A stretch of 4,805 nucleotides of DNA, from IMG/VR virus record IMGVR_UViG_3300014539_000096; one strand, given 5' to 3'. A model generated the notes under the pieces. That model was given only the letters and a program-made list of their open reading frames with translations, did not search any database and was not told where the DNA came from. The DNA comes from a virus. Lineage: Duplodnaviria; Heunggongvirae; Uroviricota; Caudoviricetes. Below, piece after piece: positions 1-4,805 of the stretch. How positions within the stretch are numbered: the first letter of the stretch is position 1; every line of letters starts with the position of its first letter. The position numbers were made by a program, and so were the translations under genes.

Positions 1-59
1 ACAGATCATTCACCAATGGTCCCCCTTCGTTTACATTAGCCACAATTGAATATGGGTAA

Positions 60-839
60 ATGACGATGAATTCATTCGAGCGAAGGAATAAGATCATCCA
101 ATTAGTGAATGAACAGGGAACCGTGCTTGTTCAGGATCTGGCGGGAGTATTTGCTGCCTCGGAAGCGACAATCCGTGCCGATTTGCGCTTTCTCGAACAA
201 AAAGGCGTGGTTACGCGCTTTCATGGCGGTGCGGCGAAAATAATGTCCGGTAATAGTGAAACCGAGACCCAGGAAGTCGGGTTTAAAGAGCGATTTCAGC
301 TCGCCAGCGCGCCGAAAAACAGAATAGCGCAGGCGGCAGTCAAAATGATCCATGAAGGGATGACCGTTATTCTCGACAGCGGAAGTACCACAATGCTTAT
401 CGCCGAAGGATTAATGACCGCCAAAAATATCACGGTGATTACCAACAGTCTCCCGGCAGCGTTTGCCCTTTCCGAAAATAAAGACATTACTCTGGTCGTC
501 TGTGGTGGCACGGTCCGCCATAAAACGCGCTCGATGCATGGTTCCATTGCCGAGCGTTCATTGCAGGATATTAATGCCGATTTAATGTTTGTCGGTGCTG
601 ATGGTATTGATGCGGTTAATGGTATTACGACCTTTAATGAAGGTTATTCGATTAGCGGTGCGATGGTCACCGCCGCTAATAAAGTGATTGCCGTTCTCGA
701 TTCATCGAAATTTAACCGTCGCGGTTTTAATCAGGTACTGCCAATCGAAAAAATTGACATTATTATTACCGATGATGCTGTATCAGAGGTGGATAAACTG
801 GCATTGCAGAAGACACGGGTAAAATTAATTACGGTGTAG
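60..839 (+). CDS. gatR: DeoR-family transcriptional repressor, galactitol-operon regulator GatR-like (intact, 259 aa)
   Basis: Full-length ORF. The N-terminal region fits a DeoR-type HTH domain and the C-terminal part (DSGSTT, VVCGG motifs) fits a DeoR sugar-phosphate-binding domain. The protein is recognised from memory as GatR. Convergent with yegS, as in the E. coli gat locus. An alternative start at ATG 66 (MNSFERR) is possible; neither start has a strong Shine-Dalgarno. Confidence 0.8.
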   Translation: MTMNSFERRNKIIQLVNEQGTVLVQDLAGVFAASEATIRADLRFLEQKGVVTRFHGGAAKIMSGNSETETQEVGFKERFQLASAPKNRIAQAAVKMIHEGMTVILDSGSTTMLIAEGLMTAKNITVITNSLPAAFALSENKDITLVVCGGTVRHKTRSMHGSIAERSLQDINADLMFVGADGIDAVNGITTFNEGYSISGAMVTAANKVIAVLDSSKFNRRGFNQVLPIEKIDIIITDDAVSEVDKLALQKTRVKLITV

Positions 840-850
840 TATTGTTCTGT

Positions 851-884
851 ATGCCGGATAAGGTATTTACACCGCATCCGGCAT
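851..884. repeat. REP-type imperfect palindrome in the convergent gatR/yegS gap
   Basis: ATGCCGGATAAGG...CCGCATCCGGCAT has perfect 9-bp outer arms (851-859 and 876-884) with a mismatched inner stem, the GCCGGATG/CATCCGGC signature typical of enterobacterial REP units. It lies between two convergent stop codons (839 and 921), so it may act as a bidirectional terminator or mRNA stabiliser. Confidence 0.6.
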
Positions 885-920
885 TTCGGATTCTCCCTGG
901 TTCAAGAGAGAATAGTTTGA

Positions 921-1820
921 TTAACGCAATAATGGACAATCTGGTGGTAATCGACAACGCAACGCCGCCGGAAGTATTTCAATATGAAAGTTTTGTCCGC
1001 TCAACGGTTCGCCATCAAGATTAAAAGTGATTTCGTGTGGGGCTTGTATATCAAACCACGACGAAGCGCCTTCGATAATATTCGGGTTATCTTCGTCAGA
1101 TTTTAAGGTTGATACGAGAGCCGGAAGAATTTCATCGCCGGTAAAAATGCGCAGTTGCAGCAAGCCATCGTTAATTAACGCGTTCGGACACAATTGCTGA
1201 CCGCCACCGGCCTGACGCCCGTTACCAATACCAATGACCAGGGCGTCACCTTGCCAGTGAAAGTTTTCACCGCGGATTTCACAACGGTCCGGTTGCAGAG
1301 TATCCATGCGCATTAAGCCATGAATGATGTAAGAGACGCCACCCAGCGCGGCTTTTAATTTTTCCGGCGTTTCTGTGGTAATACGCGTCCCAAATCCGCC
1401 TGTCGCCATATTAATAAAACAGGTTTGTTTGTTGACCTGCGCCATATCTATCGCAATGGCGTTACCGGCAATTGCCAGTTTCAGCGCCTTATCCAGTGCC
1501 TCAGGAATCCCTACACTGGTGGCAAAATCATTGGCGGTTCCTAATGGCAAAATTCCCAGCGCGGGTATTTCATCCCCCTCACACTGAATCAACGCCGTAG
1601 AAACTTCATTAATGGTGCCATCGCCACCACCGGCAATCACCGTTGCGACGCCCAACTTCCGGGCCTCCTCTACATATCGTGCGGCATCGCCTTTCTCCCA
1701 GGTGACCCGCACATGGATCGTCATTCCTTCCTCACGCAACAGCATAATTGCTTCGCGCAAGGGTAGATTGTCAGTACTTTTGCCATTAAGAATCAGTAAG
1801 CTGGCGGGAAATTCTGCCNN
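921..1820 (-). CDS. yegS: lipid kinase YegS (diacylglycerol-kinase catalytic-domain family)
   Basis: The track ORF 921-1760 begins at an internal Met. The frame stays open upstream (…[25 protein letters not shown]…) to codon 1818-1820, which reads NNG on this strand and is consistent with ATG. The GGDGT nucleotide-binding motif ([11 protein letters not shown]) is present. Length would be 299 aa if the start is at 1820. Confidence 0.85.
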   Translation of the reverse strand, partial: XAEFPASLLILNGKSTDNLPLREAIMLLREEGMTIHVRVTWEKGDAARYVEEARKLGVATVIAGGGDGTINEVSTALIQCEGDEIPALGILPLGTANDFATSVGIPEALDKALKLAIAGNAIAIDMAQVNKQTCFINMATGGFGTRITTETPEKLKAALGGVSYIIHGLMRMDTLQPDRCEIRGENFHWQGDALVIGIGNGRQAGGGQQLCPNALINDGLLQLRIFTGDEILPALVSTLKSDEDNPNIIEGASSWFDIQAPHEITFNLDGEPLSGQNFHIEILPAALRCRLPPDCPLLR

Positions 1821-1828
1821 NNNNNNNN
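1819..1828. other. run of 10 N (assembly gap or masked bases)
   Basis: Literal nnnnnnnnnn in the sequence. It overlaps the predicted yegS start codon and its ribosome-binding site. Confidence 1.
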
Positions 1829-2234
1829 TGATCGTATGTGCCTTTATGATTGGTCTGTAGATAGTGTAGAGCAGAAAACAAAAGGTGGAGTCAGAACAGG
1901 ATGAAAGTCGGAGGATAAAAAGTCAGTTCAAGTATGGAGGATTCAGTGGTTACCACCAGGAGCTTGCAATGGGGACAGCGAATATTAACGGTAACCACCG
2001 ATAAATTTCAAAAAAGAGCATATACCTAATATTCAACTAAACAGTGGCATCTTCAATATAATATATTAAAGCCCCCATGGAGTTACCCTGAAGGGCCTCA
2101 ATGTCCGTAATTCCTACTTATGTAGGAAATGTTGTACAGAACATTTATTATAATCCTATTCAATTATAATAATCATGCCGTTATTATATTTAAACACTAG
2201 AGAGTGTCGTTGGTATTTAATGGGGGAAGGTGAG
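1829..2234. promoter_or_regulatory. divergent yegS/yegR intergenic control region (AT-rich, several palindromes, -10-like hexamers)
   Basis: About 400 bp between two divergent start codons. TATAAT hexamers at 2149-2154 and 2165-2170; palindromes TTCCTAC-N4-GTAGGAA (2111-2128) and AAATGTT-N6-AACATTT (2127-2146); 11-bp palindrome GTGGTTACCAC (1947-1957). No transcription start sites can be assigned by eye. Confidence 0.35.
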
Positions 2235-2552
2235 ATGAAAAAGATAGCTGCTATATCATTAATTAGTATTTTTCTTATATCTGGTTGTGCTGTGCATAAT
2301 GATGAAACAAGTATCGGTAAATTTGGTCTTGCATATAAAAGTAATATTCAGCGTAAACTCGATAACCAATACTACACCGAAGCCGAAGCTTCTTTAGCCA
2401 GGGGTAGAATATCTGGTGCAGAAAATATAGTAAAAAATGATGCAGCCCATTTCTGTGTTACTCAGGGCAAAAAAATGCAGATAGTTGACCTGAAGACAGA
2501 AGGTGCAGGATTACATGGCGTCGCTCGTCTGACATTCAAATGTGGAGAGTGA
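2235..2552 (+). CDS. yegR: small predicted lipoprotein of unknown function (105 aa), YegR-like
   Basis: Start chosen at ATG 2235 (MKKIAAISLISIFLISGC...), preceded by GGGGGAAGG. The N-terminus is a signal peptide with a lipobox (ISG-C) and Ala at +2, suggesting Lol sorting to the outer membrane. Two further Cys residues are present. The 20-codon 5' extension in the track (from 2175) lacks a ribosome-binding site. The symbol is assigned from memory of the K-12 gene order next to yegS. Confidence 0.7.
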   Translation: MKKIAAISLISIFLISGCAVHNDETSIGKFGLAYKSNIQRKLDNQYYTEAEASLARGRISGAENIVKNDAAHFCVTQGKKMQIVDLKTEGAGLHGVARLTFKCGE

Positions 2553-2614
2553 GAATATTTTTTGGTAAGCATCAAACATGCGCGTTCTGGTTGTGCTTAG
2601 CCGGAACCTGTGCG

Positions 2615-2647
2615 AGCACGATGCCGTTACGTGAAAGGCATCGTGCT
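2615..2647. repeat. perfect 11-bp inverted repeat (stem-loop) downstream of yegR
   Basis: AGCACGATGCC (2615-2625), an 11-nt loop, then GGCATCGTGCT (2637-2647). No U-run follows on either strand, so it is not a canonical intrinsic terminator. Confidence 0.6.
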
Positions 2648-2710
2648 ATGAAGGGAGATTCTATCGATGTGGTCAATGGAAGACGGTGACCAGGGATAGG
2701 GCTTATGCAT

Positions 2711-2737
2711 AAAAAATAAGCCCGTGTAAGGGAGATT
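2711..2737. other. P2-type att core sequence (attL of the prophage)
   Basis: AAAAAATAAGCCCGTGTAAGGGAGATT matches my recollection of the 27-bp P2 attP/attB core. It sits 79 bp beyond the int stop codon, at the point where gene content changes from host to phage. Confidence 0.75.
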
Positions 2738-2816
2738 TAGGGTGTCACCAGTAGGGGCTTTCAACGGTACAATGCGGGTTTGAGCGGCATAAATTACCAC
2801 TGAAAGCCCTTAAACG

Positions 2817-3830
2817 TTACTCTACTGTGGACACTGTGTGGACACACTCGACCTCAGTACCACCTCTTAGCGGATTAAGAGAAATGGCGTCCTGAAGGTA
2901 CTCTGGCGCAAAATGAGCGTAAACCATAGTTTGCTCAATCCGCGTGTGACCTAGTATCCGTTGTAGCGTGATAATACTTCCTCCATTAATCATGAAATGA
3001 GTGGCAAAGCTGTGCCTTAGTGCATGTGTAGCTTGCCCCATTGGCAAATCCGGTTTTATTGCTTTCATTGTTCGTCTGAAGCGAGGGTAATCAGCATCAG
3101 GGAATAAAAAACCTCGTTTGTTATCCGCGATCATTTTGGCAACAGCCTCTGAGATCGGGACGGTGCGTGGTTTGTTTGTTTTCGTTTTAACAAACGTGAC
3201 GCGGTTATGGATGATATTTTCTGCTTTCAAACGAGCTGCTTCTCCCCAACGTGCTCCAGTACTCAGGCAAAGAATCGCAATCTTTTTGTTGTCGCCGTCA
3301 AGAGCAGCAAGCAGTAAGGCAATTTCTTCCTGCGTGAGATAGCCTGTGTCTGGTTTTTCCTCCTTAAGCCTTTTTGTCCCTCTGATAGGGTGCTCACCAA
3401 AGAATAACTCCGCTTCAATCAGGGCTGTAAACATGCCGCTAATACATGTTAAATCACGATTGATACTCGAAGGTTTAATACCCTGACTTCTTCGGGTAGC
3501 GCAGTACTGGCTGATAAGCGATTTCGTAATTTGAAATGCGCATGGGTCATTCGTTATTTTTGTGAAGATTTCAATTTTTCCAAGATTAGATTTCCCATGC
3601 TCTTCGTGTTTACCCTTTAAATCCCACCAGATCTGTGTCAGCTCCGACAGACGTCGCTTGTCTGTTGGTTTTGATAGCCATTCTTTATTGTGGTGGTTGT
3701 ACAACGTGTATTTCGCGAAAGCGACAGCTTCGCTTTTCTTATCAAACTTCCTACGGATGCGTTTTCCATTACGTCCAGTAGGGCGGATGTCCACTTCATA
3801 TCGACCATCATCGAGTTTTTTGATTGCCAT
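2817..3830 (-). CDS. int: phage P2-type tyrosine integrase (337 aa)
   Basis: Full-length ORF with GGAGGG 7 nt upstream of the ATG. C-terminal catalytic signature of tyrosine recombinases (ARWGEA... HALRHSFATH... LGHTRIEQTMVYAH). The sequence is recognised as P2 Int. Confidence 0.95.
   Translation of the reverse strand: MAIKKLDDGRYEVDIRPTGRNGKRIRRKFDKKSEAVAFAKYTLYNHHNKEWLSKPTDKRRLSELTQIWWDLKGKHEEHGKSNLGKIEIFTKITNDPCAFQITKSLISQYCATRRSQGIKPSSINRDLTCISGMFTALIEAELFFGEHPIRGTKRLKEEKPDTGYLTQEEIALLLAALDGDNKKIAILCLSTGARWGEAARLKAENIIHNRVTFVKTKTNKPRTVPISEAVAKMIADNKRGFLFPDADYPRFRRTMKAIKPDLPMGQATHALRHSFATHFMINGGSIITLQRILGHTRIEQTMVYAHFAPEYLQDAISLNPLRGGTEVECVHTVSTVE
2826..2844. promoter_or_regulatory. tandem direct repeat TGTGGACA-N3-TGTGGACA, candidate Int arm-type binding sites
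   Basis: Exact octamer at 2826-2833 and 2837-2844 with 11-bp periodicity, inside the last codons of int and about 90 bp from the att core. From memory, P2 Int arm sites are direct repeats of this type. Confidence 0.5.
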
Positions 3831-3884
3831 CAGAAAACCCTCCGAGTGGTGTGTTTTTTTGCGACTACTAATCGCTTTTTTCGT

Positions 3885-3905
3885 GGTGGCTGAAATTTAG
3901 CCACC
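3885..3905. repeat. perfect 7-bp inverted repeat in the C-int intergenic spacer
   Basis: GGTGGCT (3885-3891), loop GAAATTT, then AGCCACC (3899-3905). On the C-int transcript the hairpin is followed by an A-run rather than a U-run, so it is not a typical terminator. It may be a processing or regulatory structure. Confidence 0.4.
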
Positions 3906-3945
3906 AATAGTAGGCACTTGTGATGAATATATTCACGATGAATTG

Positions 3946-4245
3946 TTAACCAGTCTTTTGACCGGAGTGGGGCGACGTTGTTTCGTTTTGCCCAAAGTGT
4001 GCGAGAGCGGGCGCAATTTGCCCGGACTCAGGAGCGATCTGATTGGTCATGAACCATAAAGTGTATTTGGTGAATTGTGGGGTCTGCAGGATGTTCATCA
4101 TGACATCTGTTGGAGGTGTTGAACGACCACTTTCATAGTAACTCAGCGTGCCATACGGAACCCCTGTTAAATCAGCAAGTTGTTGTCTGCTCAAATACTC
4201 TGATTTTCGCATTAAGACTATCTTCTCGCTTATCGTGTTTGACAT
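3946..4245 (-). CDS. C: P2-type immunity repressor C (99 aa)
   Basis: Full-length ORF recognised as the P2 C repressor. It is transcribed leftward upstream of int, and its start codon overlaps the Pe -35 hexamer. Confidence 0.9.
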   Translation of the reverse strand: MSNTISEKIVLMRKSEYLSRQQLADLTGVPYGTLSYYESGRSTPPTDVMMNILQTPQFTKYTLWFMTNQIAPESGQIAPALAHFGQNETTSPHSGQKTG

Positions 4246-4267
4246 GGTGTTTAGATCTCAATAGTAT
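4239..4267 (+). promoter_or_regulatory. candidate early promoter Pe (TTGACA, 17-bp spacer, TAGTAT)
   Basis: Consensus -35 TTGACA at 4239-4244, a 17-bp spacer, and -10 TAGTAT at 4262-4267, oriented toward cox. The -10 lies between the two operator repeats. Confidence 0.6.
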
Positions 4268-4280
4268 TTAGTTTAGATGT
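4249..4280. promoter_or_regulatory. C-repressor operator: two direct-repeat half-sites spaced 22 bp
   Basis: GTTTAGATCT (4249-4258) and GTTTAGATGT (4271-4280) match at 9 of 10 positions and their starts are 22 bp apart, flanking the Pe -10. This agrees with the published P2 operator arrangement as I recall it. A third partial copy, TGTTTAG, is at 4285-4291. Confidence 0.65.
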
Positions 4281-4316
4281 AGATTGTTTAGTGCTTGGAT
4301 GTGGGCACTAAAAGGC

Positions 4317-4322
4317 ATTATA
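4317..4322 (-). promoter_or_regulatory. candidate Pc -10 hexamer (TATAAT on the minus strand)
   Basis: A perfect TATAAT on the minus strand, facing Pe so that the two transcripts would overlap by a few tens of bp. No good -35 is found at 16-18 bp spacing. Confidence 0.4.
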
Positions 4323-4422
4323 AGACATTAAACGCAATTCATGAGGGCTATCCGTCAGCCACGCGTTGTGTTTCCTGCCAGTCAGTCTTTGAAGCAAAAA
4401 ACAAGCATTACCGGAGAATGGC

Positions 4423-4698
4423 ATGAGTATTCGTATCGAAATTGGCGAACGTTATGTCGTTACCAGTGACAGCTTTCAGTTTATTCTCCACGAGAAAAAG
4501 AGAGCGGAAAGCGGTAAAAACGCCGGTCAGGAATGGCTGTCGGTGGTTGGTTATTACCCGAAATTAAGCCAGCTCGTTTCCGGCCTGATGCATCACGATA
4601 TTCTGACCGGAAGCGCAAAGTCTTTTGCTGATTTAAACGCGCAGGTTGAGCAACTCAGCAAGCGTTGTTCAGAGGCTTTTGGCTCATATGGCCGTTAA
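4423..4698 (+). CDS. cox: P2-type Cox protein (excision directionality factor and Pc repressor, 91 aa)
   Basis: Full-length ORF recognised as P2 Cox, with GGAGA 5 nt upstream of the ATG. It is the first gene of the rightward early operon. Confidence 0.9.
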   Translation: MSIRIEIGERYVVTSDSFQFILHEKKRAESGKNAGQEWLSVVGYYPKLSQLVSGLMHHDILTGSAKSFADLNAQVEQLSKRCSEAFGSYGR

Positions 4699-4740
4699 AG
4701 CCTCCGGGCGTTTTGTCCCTCCGTCAGCATTTGCCGCAGG

Positions 4741-4763
4741 CACCGGTAAGGCGTTTACCGGTG
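4741..4763. repeat. perfect 9-bp inverted repeat downstream of cox
   Basis: CACCGGTAA (4741-4749), loop GGCGT, then TTACCGGTG (4755-4763). No clear U-run follows. Confidence 0.5.
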
Positions 4764-4766
4764 CTT

Positions 4767-4805
4767 ATGCATGGAACGCGCCACGCGAGGCTGTCGGGCG
4801 CGAAA
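4767..4805 (+). CDS. possible 5' end of the next early-operon ORF (truncated by window edge)
   Basis: ATG at 4767 opens a frame (MHGTRHARLSGAK...) that runs to the window end. An in-frame GTG at 4761 and an out-of-frame ATG at 4771 are alternatives. The ribosome-binding site is weak and the protein is not recognised. Confidence 0.25.
   Translation, partial: MHGTRHARLSGAK

Larger units (their letters stand above)
2711..4805. mobile_element. left end of an integrated P2-family prophage (att core, int, C, Pe/Pc, cox); continues past the window
   Basis: Canonical P2 gene order and orientation: int and C leftward, cox rightward, with the att core next to the int 3' end. Confidence 0.9.

Noticed and set aside
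30-58. gatR promoter (TTTACA at 30-35 with a downstream -10-like hexamer)
   Set aside because: The spacing between the candidate -35 and any -10-like hexamer is not canonical, and the window starts too close to the gene to see the full upstream region.
102-547. Two 83-aa ORFs on the minus strand (102-353 and 296-547)
   Set aside because: They lie entirely antisense within the well-supported gatR CDS, have no ribosome-binding site and no recognisable domains. They are typical shadow ORFs.
842-1024. 60-aa ORF on the plus strand
   Set aside because: It starts inside the REP palindrome and overlaps the 3' end of yegS on the opposite strand, with no ribosome-binding site. It is an artefact of the intergenic region plus antisense reading.
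1375-1860. ORFs 1375-1587 (+) and 1612-1860 (+)
   Set aside because: Both are antisense to yegS. The second one is translated through the N-run (X residues). Both are low-complexity Ala/Ser/Pro-rich, as expected for antisense frames.
2175-2234. 20-codon 5' extension of the yegR ORF (MPLLYLNTRECRWYLMGEGE)
   Set aside because: It has no ribosome-binding site, whereas the internal ATG at 2235 is preceded by GGGGGAAGG and begins a canonical lipoprotein signal peptide.
3118-3900. ORFs 3118-3342 (+), 3562-3900 (+) and 3690-3893 (+)
   Set aside because: They are antisense within the integrase gene or the C-int spacer, with no ribosome-binding sites and no recognisable motifs.
4317-4345. A full Pc promoter with a -35 element
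   Set aside because: Only the -10 (TATAAT on the minus strand) is convincing. Candidate -35 hexamers at 16-18 bp spacing match consensus at no more than 2 of 6 positions, so only the -10 is reported.
1-4805. CRISPR array, tRNA/rRNA genes, or a novel multi-gene defence cassette
   Set aside because: There are no regularly spaced direct repeats, no tRNA-like cloverleaf region at the att site (the P2-type core here is not within a tRNA gene), and every ORF over about 90 codons is accounted for by a recognisable host or P2 gene. Nothing in this window supports a claim of a new system.

Overview
This window covers an Escherichia coli-type chromosomal segment (gatR, yegS, yegR) followed by the left, int-proximal junction of an integrated P2-family prophage. 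Host side: an intact DeoR-family repressor (gatR-like, 60-839 +), a REP-type palindrome in the convergent gap, the lipid kinase yegS (921-1820 -, start codon partly masked by a 10-N run at 1819-1828), an AT-rich divergent intergenic region, and a small AT-rich lipoprotein gene (yegR-like, 2235-2552 +). Phage side: a 27-bp P2-type att core (2711-2737), tyrosine integrase int (2817-3830 -), immunity repressor C (3946-4245 -), the face-to-face Pe/Pc switch with two direct-repeat operator half-sites 22 bp apart, and cox (4423-4698 +). The prophage continues beyond the right edge. Protein identities are recognised from memory of the sequences, not from a search. I do not see a novel multi-gene system in this window: every long ORF is accounted for by a recognisable gene, and the remaining track ORFs are antisense shadows. 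The points worth a second look are small-scale: the junction and a partial core-like repeat, tandem octamers in the int 3' end, several perfect inverted repeats, the atypical composition of yegR, a tiny upstream ORF with a strong Shine-Dalgarno sequence, and the N-run. Variable cargo of P2-like prophages, if present, would lie further right, outside this window.
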